DNA from: an uncultured Nitrospiraceae bacterium
Lineage (GTDB): Bacteria > Nitrospirota > Thermodesulfovibrionia > Thermodesulfovibrionales > Dissulfurispiraceae
Direction: 5' to 3'
Length of the DNA: 64,000 nucleotides
Assembly (NCBI GenBank): GCA_963727805.1
Contig: CAVSHF010000005.1
Location: forward strand, 352,001 to 416,000
Of the stretch, positions 9,349 through 19,794 are shown one piece after another; within the stretch, counting starts at the first letter, position 1; each line of letters begins with the position of its first letter. The notes beneath the pieces are model-generated. The model did no database searches and was not told where the DNA came from. It saw nothing but the letters and a program-made list of their open reading frames with translations. Position numbers and translations under genes: made by a program.

Positions 9349-10977
9349 ATGAAAAGGAGACGTCTTTCCTGGTTGGTTACCGGTGTAGTGGCCGGCGCTT
9401 TTGTGCCTCTAGTCGTTCTTGCGGAGCTGGCCTGGTCCCGACAATTGGGCGCCAATCCGATCGCCACCATTCTGAATCAGCTGGGATTCGTGGCGCTGGT
9501 TCTGCTAATGGGTTCGCTGGCCTGCACGCCGTTGAAAACTGTTACCGGATGGAGGTGGCCGATCCGTATCCGCAAGCCGTTGGGCGTGATGGGATTCGTC
9601 TATGCACTGCTTCACTTTCTAACCTACATCGGGCTCGATCGACTCCTCAGCTTCAAGACAGTCTGGCAGGATATCTCACGACGACCGTTCATCATCATAG
9701 GATTCACCGCTCTGATGATGCTGGTTCCGCTAGCAGCAACATCGACAGCCAGTGCATCTCGCCGGTTGGGAAAAACCTGGAAGGGACTTCACCGAATGGT
9801 GTATGTGATATCACCACTGGTCATCATTCACTTCACCATGCGGATGAAGGCCGACATACATCAGCCGGTGACCTACGGGGCGGTGCTCGCAGTTCTGCTC
9901 GCGACACGCGTCGTCGCTGCGGCAATAAAGCGCAAAAATGCCCCGGCCTGGGACGGATATCGGATGTTCAAGGTAGTGAAGAAGGAACATGAGCCGGGCC
10001 AGGTCTGTTCGTTATACCTCGAGCCGTCGGACGGGAAAAAGCTTCCGCCCTACAAGCCCGGTCAGTATTTGACTATGAAGGTCAACGTTGGGGGGGCTGA
10101 TGATTCAGTCATCCGCTGTTATTCCCTCTCCAGGCGTCCCGATTCTGATAGGTATCGCATCAGCGTCAAACGAATTCCGTTGGGGACTGCATCGAACTTT
10201 TTGCACGACCAGATCGTGGAAGGCACCGTCATTGAAGTCAAGGCACCGAAAGGAAAGTTCTTCGTGAAATCTTCCTCCCGGCGACCGGTGGTTTTGATTG
10301 GCGGCGGCATCGGCGTAACGCCACTGCTTGCGATGCTCGACGGGCTTACGGTGTCCGGTGCACGCGGTGTTATCTACTTTTTCTTCGGCGTTCGCAACAG
10401 CAGTGAACATTGCTTTCGCGATCAGCTGACTGCCATTGCCTCGCGCAACGGCGGCGTTAAGTTTCATGTGTGCTATTCCTCTCCCTTGCCTGAAGATCGC
10501 GTAGGGATAGATTGCCATTCCACCGGTCATATCACTGCGGCATTGCTTAAGGAAGTGCTTCCGAGTCTTGACTGCGATTTCTACGTCTGCGGGCCGCCCT
10601 CTATGATGGCTCAGCTTAAGGCCGATCTTGTAGCCGCGGGCGTCCCGGCGAAGAATTTCCACGTGGAGGCGTTCGGAGTGACTCAGGTAAAGAGGGCGGT
10701 AGGGCCGGGTGCGGCGGCTCAACGGTTTGTCGTCTCATTCGAGCTGTCCGGCAAGACGCTGGAATGGGACACGAAGTATGGCAGTCTGCTGGAATTCGCC
10801 GAGGCCAACGGGATTGAAATCGAGTTTGGCTGCCGGTCAGGCAACTGCGGCTCATGCGAAGTGGAGATCAACTCCGGCGAAGTGGAGTACCTGGTTGACC
10901 CCGGCGCCGCTCCGGAGGAGGGCGTATGCCTCACGTGCGTGACAGTGCCGAAAATGTCCCTGAGCCTGGAGGCTTAG
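9349..10977 (+). CDS. msrQ: MsrQ heme membrane subunit fused to FAD/NAD(P)H reductase and C-terminal 2Fe-2S ferredoxin
   Basis: N-terminal ferric-reductase-like TM region (YALLHF, WKGLHRMVY, IIHF); then RCYSLS, GGGIGVTP, YVCGP, CRSGNCGSC...CLTC. Confidence 0.85.
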   Translation: MKRRRLSWLVTGVVAGAFVPLVVLAELAWSRQLGANPIATILNQLGFVALVLLMGSLACTPLKTVTGWRWPIRIRKPLGVMGFVYALLHFLTYIGLDRLLSFKTVWQDISRRPFIIIGFTALMMLVPLAATSTASASRRLGKTWKGLHRMVYVISPLVIIHFTMRMKADIHQPVTYGAVLAVLLATRVVAAAIKRKNAPAWDGYRMFKVVKKEHEPGQVCSLYLEPSDGKKLPPYKPGQYLTMKVNVGGADDSVIRCYSLSRRPDSDRYRISVKRIPLGTASNFLHDQIVEGTVIEVKAPKGKFFVKSSSRRPVVLIGGGIGVTPLLAMLDGLTVSGARGVIYFFFGVRNSSEHCFRDQLTAIASRNGGVKFHVCYSSPLPEDRVGIDCHSTGHITAALLKEVLPSLDCDFYVCGPPSMMAQLKADLVAAGVPAKNFHVEAFGVTQVKRAVGPGAAAQRFVVSFELSGKTLEWDTKYGSLLEFAEANGIEIEFGCRSGNCGSCEVEINSGEVEYLVDPGAAPEEGVCLTCVTVPKMSLSLEA

Positions 10978-11393
10978 GCCAGAAAAAAACTGGACAGTCC
11001 AGAGGATGGCGCTAATTTAAGCGCCCCCCGCATGATATCTACTTCTATGCAGTGCGATGATTGCTGAATGTACTCTCTCTCATTGCCAGAAATGTGACGA
11101 TCTTGGTAGCATGTCTAAGTCATCGCGTCAGCCATATCCAGATGGCTTACTTGGCAGCTTACTTGGTTGCTAAATATACTGACCGAATTTATCAGTACGA
11201 TCTCACAACATTATTTCTCGAAGTCAAGGCTAGCGCTTTGTGACGGATAATGTTTGAGCCATACGATTATCAAAACTTTGGACATCTTTGTAAAATTATT
11301 GAATGCCGAAAATCATTGTCGGCTAACGCAATAGTTCGGACTCGGCTTTCGCCACACTATCAATCAATTGTAGCCCATTGTAATAAGGTTCGC

Positions 11394-12881
11394 TCATTTT
11401 TTGTTACTCTCCGTTAGCATATCGGACCGGTTCCACCAGCCCCCGCCCAAAGCCTGGAACAGCGCTGTTGTATCAGAGTATCGGCTGGCCAGGGCCTGTA
11501 CAAGATTGATCAGCGACTGCTGATAAGTCTGTTCAGCATTAAGCAACCCTAAATAACTGATATCACCAAGTTCTAGTTGACGGTGCGCAATGGAAAGAGT
11601 CTTCGCTGCAGCACGCTCGGCAGCGACAGCCACTTTTAACGCATCTGCATCAGATTGTATGGCGTGAAGAGTATCGGCCACATTCTGAAATGCTGTTAAA
11701 ACTGTACTCTTGTACTGTGCCGCAGCCTGGTCATATGCAGCTTCAGCAGCGCGTTGCCGGTGAAGCAATGTGCCCCCCTGGAAGATAGGCTGAGTTATAC
11801 TGCCGGCCAGGGACCAGAAGCCAGTGCCCGGAGTAAATAACTGATCGATTGCAAGGGCACTGCTGCCCAAATTGGCACTCAATGTGATATTCGGTAGCCG
11901 GTTGGCTATAGCTACGCCGATTTCCGCACTGGCAGCGTGTAGTTGCTCTTCAGCGGATCGCACGTCCGGTCTTTGCCCGACTAATTTGGAAGGAAGGCTC
12001 ACGGGAAGTTCCTGTGGCAGCTCCAGCGATGCAAGTTCGAACTTCTCAGCCAGCGTCTCGCTCGGGAAACGACCTGCAAGCCGTGCAAGTAAGTCGCGTT
12101 GCTGTGCCAGTTGTTTTTCCAATGGCGGCAGTGCGGTTTCGGTTTGAGCCAGTGCTGCTTCCTGTGCCGTTACATCCAGAGTGGCAACCTGTCCAAGATC
12201 GTATTGACGTTTCAATAATTCAAGCGATTTATTTTGAATATCTATGGTCCGCTTGGTGGCAGCTATTTGTCCACGCAGAGCAGCCTCCTGTATTGCCGCT
12301 GTTACAACATTGGAAGTCAAGGTTAGATAAGCAGCTTCCAACTGGAAACACTGCGATGCGGCCTGGGCCTTGAGCGATTCTACCTGCCTGCGGGTACCAC
12401 CGAACACGTCAGGCGCATAGGAGACGGCAACCTGCGCTGTGTGAAGACTAAAGATATTACTGCCATTGTTCAATGGACTGGAAAGCACTCCGGCTGTTTT
12501 CTGTCGCGTCGGAGTAAAACTGACTTCGACACTTGGAAAGAACGCACCTTGCTGTGCGTATACGCTTTCCCACGCGCCGCGCAGAGAAGCTTGAGCGGCC
12601 TCCAGGTCGGGATTGGCCCTGAGTGCTTGCTCAATGAGGTCATTGAGCGGCTTCGAGTGAAACAGCGTCCACCATTGCCCGGGTATGTCCATATCCTGCA
12701 CAAAACGTTGAGCCTCTCCGCCTTTGATATCGACCGAAGCTGTTTGTGGAGGCAGAGCCTGTGGGGTATAGCCATCGACAGCAAGGGAATGTGGGCGTTG
12801 GAAATCGGGACCAACGGCACATCCAGTTACAAAGACTGCAACAGTGAACAACACCATTATGAAAAACAATCTATGCATCAT
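11394..12881 (-). CDS. RND efflux outer membrane lipoprotein (NodT/OprM family)
   Basis: Lipobox VTGC; WWTLF, RPDVRSAE, ALGGGWW. Confidence 0.93.
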   Translation of the reverse strand: MMHRLFFIMVLFTVAVFVTGCAVGPDFQRPHSLAVDGYTPQALPPQTASVDIKGGEAQRFVQDMDIPGQWWTLFHSKPLNDLIEQALRANPDLEAAQASLRGAWESVYAQQGAFFPSVEVSFTPTRQKTAGVLSSPLNNGSNIFSLHTAQVAVSYAPDVFGGTRRQVESLKAQAASQCFQLEAAYLTLTSNVVTAAIQEAALRGQIAATKRTIDIQNKSLELLKRQYDLGQVATLDVTAQEAALAQTETALPPLEKQLAQQRDLLARLAGRFPSETLAEKFELASLELPQELPVSLPSKLVGQRPDVRSAEEQLHAASAEIGVAIANRLPNITLSANLGSSALAIDQLFTPGTGFWSLAGSITQPIFQGGTLLHRQRAAEAAYDQAAAQYKSTVLTAFQNVADTLHAIQSDADALKVAVAAERAAAKTLSIAHRQLELGDISYLGLLNAEQTYQQSLINLVQALASRYSDTTALFQALGGGWWNRSDMLTESNKK

Positions 12882-12884
12882 GAT

Positions 12885-15800
12885 TTATACCTCTTTTTCC
12901 GATCTCGGTTGTGCAGCAGTTTGACGGCGTTCCACCCACCTTTCCAGAGCGAAGTAACAGGTCGGCAGGATAAATAGCGTAAGGAGTGTTGCAATCATCA
13001 AGCCGCCCACAACCACAGTGGCTAGATTGCGCTGAACATCGGTTCCTATGCCCGTAGCCAATGCCGCAGGCAGCATTCCAATAGTCGCTACTGTTGCAGT
13101 CATGAGCACGGGTCTGAAACGCTCCCCAGCACCCGACAGAACGGCCTCATGCAGTTCTACTCCCTGCTCCCGCACCCGGTTGATATTGGCAATCATGATG
13201 ATGCCGTTTTGCACAGCTACGCCGAACAGTGCAATAAATCCGACAGCTGTAGCAACATTCAGCGTCTTGCCAGTGACGTGAAGCGTGAAGAGGCCGCCAA
13301 GTGTTGCCAACGGAACTACTCCGAGGATCAATATTGTCTGGCGTATTTTGCCAAATTCTGCAAAAAGGAACACAGTCATCAGCGCCAATACGATGCCCAT
13401 GATCAAAATTAGCCGGGCCTGAGCGCGCTGTTGATTTTCGAATTCCCCGCCCCACTCGATGCGATATTTATCGTGGTCAAAATGCACTGTTTGCTCTATC
13501 TTGTTCTGTGCCTCAGTCATGTAATCGGATAGTGCCCGGTCCTGTAGGTCAATCCTTACGAGCAGCACGCGATGACTTAGCTCGTGCGAAATGGTACTTT
13601 CTCCGGTCTGCATCTTGATATGGGCAACCTGGGAAAGCGGGATTTGTGCGCCACCGGGGGCTGTAAGCGGCAGGCTGCCCAGAGCTTCCGGATTGTTGCG
13701 TGTTTCTTTCGGGAACCGCACGGTAACGCCATATGTGCGGTCACTTACGTAGACTGTGCTGATAGGCGCTCCACCGACACCAGTCTGGATAAGGCTTGTG
13801 ATGTCGGAGACGTTAATCCCGTAGCGGGCTGCTGCTGCGCGATCAATATCAACCGCGATCTGCGGGATAGGAGGTTCCTGGAAGATGGAAGCATCTGCTG
13901 TGCCCCTGACGCCGTGCAGTATATTGACGATCTCACCTCCTATGCGACGCAGTTCGTTAAAGTCGTTGCCGAAAATGCGGATAACCAGCGGGCTGTGTGC
14001 GCCGCCGATCGCATCTTCCACCATATCGATAATCGGCTGGCTGACGCCGATGGAAACCCCCGGCAGCTTCTGCAGACGGGCATTGAGCCTCTGCAGAAAC
14101 ATCTCCCTGGTCTCGCCTTTTGGCCATTGCTCGTAAGGCTTCAGGCCGACGGGTGCCTCGATGTGGGAGGGCGTCCATGCATCGGTGCCGTCATCGCTGC
14201 GGCCAAGTTGGGTTATTGCATACGACACCTCAGGGAATTCATGCAACGTGCGCCGCAGTTCCCCTGCCATCTCGCTGGCTTTGTCGAGAGATATCCCGGA
14301 GGGCAATTGCACCTGTAACCAAAGGTTGCCTTCATCCAGCTCCGGCAGAAATTCGCGCCCGGTTGTCACACCCAGTACTACCACTAACACAAGGGCCACT
14401 CCCACGATAATGAACGCGATCTTCGGAATGGCAAGCATCCGCTCCAGTAGCCGGCGAAAGCCGTTCTGCAGGCTTTCGAGCGGCCGGTTGTAGAATATCT
14501 TGCGGGGCTTGCGAAAGGCCATAAAGGCGAGCCCCGGAATCAGCGTAAAAGTGCATAGAAGTGCTCCTAATAAGGCATAACCTACAGTGTAAGCCATTGG
14601 AGAGAAAAGCCTGGCTTCGGCGCGTTCAAACGCGAACAGCGGAAGATAGGCAGTGATGATTATTAGCGTGGCGAAGAAGATCGGCCGGGCTACCTGGGTC
14701 GTTGTGGTAAGTATATCCTGTTCACTTAAAAAAGTAGTCGGATCCGCTTCTCGCTTCCGCATAATGGCCTCGGTGACCACAATGGCACCGTCCACTATAA
14801 TGCCGAAGTCGATAGCACCAAGGGAGAAAAGGTTGGCTGGCATCTTTGTAAAATGCATCATTATAAAAACAGCGACAAGGGCCAAAGGTATTGTTACTGC
14901 CGTGATCAACGCGCTGCGTGGGCTGCCGAGAAAAAGAATCAGTACAATACATACCAGCCCGATGCCTTCCAGCACAGTATGAGAGACTTTGCGTATTGTC
15001 TCCTGTACAAGATCATCCCTATCTATATAGGAAACTATGTGCACACCCATCGATTTGAGTTGGTTATTCAGTTCTGCAACTTTAGAATGAATACCTTTAA
15101 GCACTTCCGAAGCATTTTGATACCTGAGCAAGTCTACAATGCCTTCAATAGTATCAGGGTTGTTGTCCTTGCCAAGTATGCCCTCGCGCTCCTGATGGCT
15201 GAAAGTCAGCTTGCCGAGATCGCGCACTAGGATCGGCACTCCGTTTCGCTGTGTGACGACTATGTTCCCGAGGTCGTCCAGTGTGCGAACCATGCCGATT
15301 CCACGTATAACATAGCCCTGTTCGCCGCGTGAAATGCGGCTGCCGCCGGCATTGGAGCTGTTATTGGTGATCGCTGTGACCACGTCGTTCAGAGCGATGC
15401 CATAACGTTGAAGCTGCAATGGGTCAAGCTCTAGTTGATACTGCTTCGTGAAACCGCCGAAATTGGCCACAGATACAACGCCGGGCACCTGCTGAAGGGC
15501 GGGCATTACGATCCATCGCTGGACCTCCGAGAGGTCCATCAGGTTTTTGGTATCCGACTCCAGCGTATACCGGTAAATTTCGCCTGTCGGACCGGCAAGC
15601 GGAAGAAGGCTCGGCATGATGCCAGTTGGCAGAGTGACCTGACTTATGTTGTCGGAGACGCGCTGACGTGCCCAGTAGTCTTCGACTCCATCACGAAATA
15701 TAATCGGTATGATCGACAGGCCAAACGTGCTGCTTGAACGCATGGATTGCACGCCGGGTGTGCCTGCCAGTGCCCGCTCTAATGGAATAGTTATCTGTTG

Positions 15801-15986
15801 CTCCACCTCCTCAGCTGCAAGCCCCGGCGCTTGGGTGACGACCTGCGCTGTCACATCTCCGATATCCGGATACGCCTCAACCGCCAGTTTTGTCCATGAA
15901 TAATAGCCAAAAAGGCAGAGCAAGATAGCGACCATTAGTACAACAAATCGCTTTCGAAGGCAGATAGCAATGATGCGATTAATCAT
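12885..15986 (-). CDS. CusA/CzcA family heavy-metal efflux RND transporter
   Basis: 1033 aa; LGAIDFGIIVDGAIVVTE and RFRPVLMTA. Confidence 0.95.
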   Translation of the reverse strand: MINRIIAICLRKRFVVLMVAILLCLFGYYSWTKLAVEAYPDIGDVTAQVVTQAPGLAAEEVEQQITIPLERALAGTPGVQSMRSSSTFGLSIIPIIFRDGVEDYWARQRVSDNISQVTLPTGIMPSLLPLAGPTGEIYRYTLESDTKNLMDLSEVQRWIVMPALQQVPGVVSVANFGGFTKQYQLELDPLQLQRYGIALNDVVTAITNNSSNAGGSRISRGEQGYVIRGIGMVRTLDDLGNIVVTQRNGVPILVRDLGKLTFSHQEREGILGKDNNPDTIEGIVDLLRYQNASEVLKGIHSKVAELNNQLKSMGVHIVSYIDRDDLVQETIRKVSHTVLEGIGLVCIVLILFLGSPRSALITAVTIPLALVAVFIMMHFTKMPANLFSLGAIDFGIIVDGAIVVTEAIMRKREADPTTFLSEQDILTTTTQVARPIFFATLIIITAYLPLFAFERAEARLFSPMAYTVGYALLGALLCTFTLIPGLAFMAFRKPRKIFYNRPLESLQNGFRRLLERMLAIPKIAFIIVGVALVLVVVLGVTTGREFLPELDEGNLWLQVQLPSGISLDKASEMAGELRRTLHEFPEVSYAITQLGRSDDGTDAWTPSHIEAPVGLKPYEQWPKGETREMFLQRLNARLQKLPGVSIGVSQPIIDMVEDAIGGAHSPLVIRIFGNDFNELRRIGGEIVNILHGVRGTADASIFQEPPIPQIAVDIDRAAAARYGINVSDITSLIQTGVGGAPISTVYVSDRTYGVTVRFPKETRNNPEALGSLPLTAPGGAQIPLSQVAHIKMQTGESTISHELSHRVLLVRIDLQDRALSDYMTEAQNKIEQTVHFDHDKYRIEWGGEFENQQRAQARLILIMGIVLALMTVFLFAEFGKIRQTILILGVVPLATLGGLFTLHVTGKTLNVATAVGFIALFGVAVQNGIIMIANINRVREQGVELHEAVLSGAGERFRPVLMTATVATIGMLPAALATGIGTDVQRNLATVVVGGLMIATLLTLFILPTCYFALERWVERRQTAAQPRSEKEV

Positions 15987-17142
15987 TTAGAAGCACTCCC
16001 CCCCTGACTATGATATGATCACCCGGATTTAACCCCTGGTCGATGCGAGTGCTGTCGCCCTCTCCATAGCCAGGCACGACCGACTGCCTGACAAAAGTCC
16101 AGGGGGATTCCTCCACAAACACCGTGGTTCTGTCGTTGTCCATAAGCAGAGCGGAATTGGGTACAAATACAGCAGATTTCTGAGGTACGTTGAAACTTGC
16201 GGTAGCGAACATGTTGGGCTTGAATTTACCGTCGGGATTGGCAAAGGCAATACGCACCTTATCACGACGAGTGTCGGGTTCGACCACCTGGCTTACGAAT
16301 GCGACTGCGCCGTGAAATATCTGCCCTGGATATGCAGCAAAAGATACATCCACAGACTGGCCTTTTGCAACGTTGGCGATTTCACTCTCCGGCACGTTTG
16401 CCGTGACCCAAACAAAATCGAGATTTGCAATCGTCATGAGTGACGCGGTCAGGTCGTTGACGAATGCACCTGGCGCGGTCGTTAGCGCCGTGACACTTCC
16501 GTTCATTGGAGCAGTGAGCGTCAAAAGGCGCAACCCGTCTTTGGGACGGGACGAAACTCCGATTTCGTTGAGGCGGGCTTCAGCCCGGTTGAATTCCGCC
16601 TTGGCCTGGGCATAGTCGCTCTCTGCCAGTTCTAAGTCTTTAAGGGCACCGGCGCCCGCCTCACGCAGACCTCGCACACGTTTTAGCGTGCTATCGGCTC
16701 GCTGCTGCGCATCTCGCGCCTTGTCGTCGTCTGCATATGCCTGGGCCAGATCGCCAGAATTAATCACGACGAGCGGTTGGCCCTTTAAAACATGATCACC
16801 CAAGTGGACCAAGAGCCTTACCACTCTGCCGGATAACGGAGACAGTATATTGACCGTTCGTGATGGGTCCGCCTCTACTGCAGCGGTCAACATAATCTTA
16901 TGTGGACCGTCGTTGACGGTTACCTGCTGAACGACCACTTGCGAACGCAGCGCAGAGCCCTGCGGTATGATTATTTTGTCGCCCTGACGGATAAGAGCCG
17001 GCTGTGCACTTTCCTGTACTGCAGCATGTCCAGACGAGTTGAACAAGCGTGTGCCAAGCCCAACGCTTAGCACTACAATGATTGTTGTGACGCCGATCAT
17101 GGCGAAGCGTTTTTGCGGCGGATAGTGATTAAAAATAGACAT
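15979..17142 (-). CDS. RND periplasmic adaptor subunit
   Basis: N-terminal TM; SPLSGRV, APMNGSV, FKPNMFA. Confidence 0.92.
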   Translation of the reverse strand: MSIFNHYPPQKRFAMIGVTTIIVVLSVGLGTRLFNSSGHAAVQESAQPALIRQGDKIIIPQGSALRSQVVVQQVTVNDGPHKIMLTAAVEADPSRTVNILSPLSGRVVRLLVHLGDHVLKGQPLVVINSGDLAQAYADDDKARDAQQRADSTLKRVRGLREAGAGALKDLELAESDYAQAKAEFNRAEARLNEIGVSSRPKDGLRLLTLTAPMNGSVTALTTAPGAFVNDLTASLMTIANLDFVWVTANVPESEIANVAKGQSVDVSFAAYPGQIFHGAVAFVSQVVEPDTRRDKVRIAFANPDGKFKPNMFATASFNVPQKSAVFVPNSALLMDNDRTTVFVEESPWTFVRQSVVPGYGEGDSTRIDQGLNPGDHIIVRGGVLLND

Positions 17143-17230
17143 GCGATGCCTCCTAAAACTATATGAATTTGCCGATACGGCTATATTTACTCGTTCTTGT
17201 CGAGCAAGAATGAAGAAGCTCTTCTATTAT

Positions 17231-17251
17231 AGTAATGATAATCATTATCAT
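17231..17251. promoter_or_regulatory. Fur box upstream of RND operon
   Basis: AGTAATGATAATCATTATC, 17/19 match to GATAATGATAATCATTATC. Confidence 0.8.
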
Positions 17252-17341
17252 AATAACGGCATAAAAAAATATATTCCAACGGTTCCTTAGGGGTTAGCTG
17301 CAAAGAATTAAGCGATTCCCAATCCTAATGACCCAAATATC

Positions 17342-17773
17342 TTACCTGCATTTCCCGCACAGACCGTAAATCTCCAGTTTATGTTTCTGAGGTATAAACC
17401 GGTTAGCTTTAGCCAGCTCATCCTGAAGTCTTTCTATTCTTTTGTCATATACTTCTGTGAATTCTCCGCATTTGGTACAGATAAGATGATCGTGGTGGGC
17501 CTCACCCACTTTTTGCTCATATCTGGTTTTTTCATTGCCAATTTTTATTTCTTCGGCAATGCCGCTTTCACACATTAACTTGAGATTGCGATGAACCGTG
17601 GCAATCCCTATTTCAGGGGATGTTTTTCTAAGCTTGTCATAAAGATCGTCAGCCGTAATATGCCGTTCAGCGGCAAGAAAGCAGTCTACAATGGTATCAC
17701 GCTGTGCAGTATGCCTCAATCCTTTGTTCCTGATGTAATCAGAAAACGCTTTTTTTGCTTGTTTTATATTCAT
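17342..17773 (-). CDS. Fur family transcriptional regulator
   Basis: TAQR, ATVHRNL, HHDHLICTKCG, GLCGKC. Confidence 0.95.
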   Translation of the reverse strand: MNIKQAKKAFSDYIRNKGLRHTAQRDTIVDCFLAAERHITADDLYDKLRKTSPEIGIATVHRNLKLMCESGIAEEIKIGNEKTRYEQKVGEAHHDHLICTKCGEFTEVYDKRIERLQDELAKANRFIPQKHKLEIYGLCGKCR

Positions 17774-17779
17774 AGTTAA

Positions 17780-17800
17780 TAATGATAAGCTTTATCATTA
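17780..17800. promoter_or_regulatory. Fur-box-like palindrome just upstream of the Fur-family gene (autoregulation)
   Basis: TAATGATAA-GCT-TTATCATTA perfect inverted repeat. Confidence 0.7.
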
Positions 17801-18248
17801 AAGCATACGAACAGAGCTTTTGTCAAGAACTTTTTTTGCAAAAAACGTTAAGGCAGTATCCAACCGATACTGCTTCAGCTCGATATTTCCGTATGCATGA
17901 TTGATTAGTAGCAATGAAGAATAGTAAATAAGTGCCTATATCGATGACTTCTTCCCGAAAGCAATACGATGATGGCTTTTCATTGATAATAATTTCAACA
18001 AAAAATATCTTACCAATGACAGAAAACCGGCAGGATCGATTATAGCATGTCGAAGTCATTGCGGTAGCCATATCTAGGCGGCTGTCGAGCTTGCTACTAA
18101 AAGTTATCGACTTCATCAGTATCAATACATTGGTGATTTATGAAAATAACCTTCATTCCCCCACGTGTTTTAAGGTTAGAGGTCGGGGGAGACCGAGATG
18201 ATTCTTAAATTGAATAATCTCGAAGTTGTTGCCTTATGACTTTCCATA

Positions 18249-18848
18249 TCAAAGGTATAGAAGCTCCACATCAAAATCTTTAAGTCCTTGCATATAGTGC
18301 TGACCTTCCCATTGATCTATCCTGCGAAAATGTCCAAATTCAGAAATACCTCTGTTGTAAATCGGGGTAAATCTAAGCAGCGACATCTTATCTTTTTTCA
18401 GGGAAACTGCGATTTCCCTGAAAATATTCTCTCTCGGCACGGCAAAAAATACCTTATGCTGACCGCAGAGAATTCTGAGTTTCTTTTGCAAGTAATAACG
18501 CACTCCCTCGCCACCTTCAATTGTCCTTTGACCGCTAGCGTTATAGAGAGAAGTATTGTCAGGTCTTCCGGGTACATCCCCTGTGACTGACTGTCCGTCG
18601 ACGTTGACGAGGAAAGAATAGATTGCCGGCTTTTTGGATTCAAGCGGGTAATATCCGGGAGGTATTGTTTTGAACTGCGCGATGAGTTCAAGGTCACAGA
18701 ATCCGGAAGACGGTGATTCACCATCTTTAACCTCGTAGAAGACATCTATGCGCTCGCTTATAGATTTAGCCTTAATTTCTCCTGATACAGCGCATCCCAA
18801 CATCGATAGATATGAAAGCGCAATTATTATCAACAGAACCTTTTTCAC
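18249..18848 (-). CDS. Hypothetical lipoprotein
   Basis: GGGAGG RBS, GTG start, signal peptide with MLGC lipobox. Confidence 0.7.
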   Translation of the reverse strand: MKKVLLIIIALSYLSMLGCAVSGEIKAKSISERIDVFYEVKDGESPSSGFCDLELIAQFKTIPPGYYPLESKKPAIYSFLVNVDGQSVTGDVPGRPDNTSLYNASGQRTIEGGEGVRYYLQKKLRILCGQHKVFFAVPRENIFREIAVSLKKDKMSLLRFTPIYNRGISEFGHFRRIDQWEGQHYMQGLKDFDVELLYL

Positions 18849-18926
18849 TTTAAATCCCTCCCTATTTACATATCTCACTATCATACAAGCTATATGCAAT
18901 ACGTGGTTACCACAACCGTGCAGCTT

Positions 18927-19793
18927 CTACCGTCTGAGAAGCCTGGTCGCAATCCAGGCTATGGCGTAAAGTCCACCAAGGAGAACGACATCCGTAGGGC
19001 CGACTGGCAAGTCATATTGGTAAGCAATCCAGAAACCGAAGAACGCGACTGCACCACCAATCAGGGAGGCCAATATAGTGAACTGATTCATATTGCGCGC
19101 AAACAGGTGTGCCATTAAAGCAGGGATCAGCAGAAATCCAAACGCAATTAATGGACCGACGCTTAACACCGCCATTGAAACAGTCAGCCCGATCAGTAAG
19201 TAAAGCAGCATGTCCCAAAAAACTACTTTCTTGCGAAGTATAACTGCCATCTCACGGTCGAACGAGACCAAGAGCAATTCCTTGTGGAACAAAGCAAGTG
19301 CTGCGATAACGATAACAAGAGTTACCGCTGTCAACAAGAGATCGAAATTGGAGATGGTAATGACTTCCCCTTTAAGCATATCGAGCCAACCGATCTCACC
19401 ATAAGGATTTTTTGACAGTAGCAAGATGCTCAATGCTGAGGCTACGACATATGCGGTGCCCAGTCGGCCTTCCGGCTGTCCACGCCCGCGCCGCTCCAGA
19501 AACGCTAGCACCAGAATGGCGGTCAAGGTGAATGTAATCGATCCGGCAAAGGCAAGTGCGTGTACGCTATGCGAACCGTGTTCGGTAAGATTGAATCCGA
19601 GCCACATAGGAAGCGAAAGCGCCACAGCAACACCTGTTGAGGAAATTTGAGGCAATGCAACGCCCATGAATACCAGCCGTCGCATCACGAGAAAGACACC
19701 AACTAGCGGGCAAGAGAAACCAATTAGCACACTCGTGTAAACCGAGTTCCGCAGTAGAAACTCGGGATTGAGAATCTGATAAAGCGTCTCCAT
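18927..19793 (-). CDS. Zn/Mn-type metal ABC transporter permease (ZnuB-like)
   Basis: GVFLVMRRLVFMGVAL, LLLVSFDRE, DLPVGP; multi-TM. Confidence 0.88.
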   Translation of the reverse strand: METLYQILNPEFLLRNSVYTSVLIGFSCPLVGVFLVMRRLVFMGVALPQISSTGVAVALSLPMWLGFNLTEHGSHSVHALAFAGSITFTLTAILVLAFLERRGRGQPEGRLGTAYVVASALSILLLSKNPYGEIGWLDMLKGEVITISNFDLLLTAVTLVIVIAALALFHKELLLVSFDREMAVILRKKVVFWDMLLYLLIGLTVSMAVLSVGPLIAFGFLLIPALMAHLFARNMNQFTILASLIGGAVAFFGFWIAYQYDLPVGPTDVVLLGGLYAIAWIATRLLRR

Positions 19794-19794
19794 A

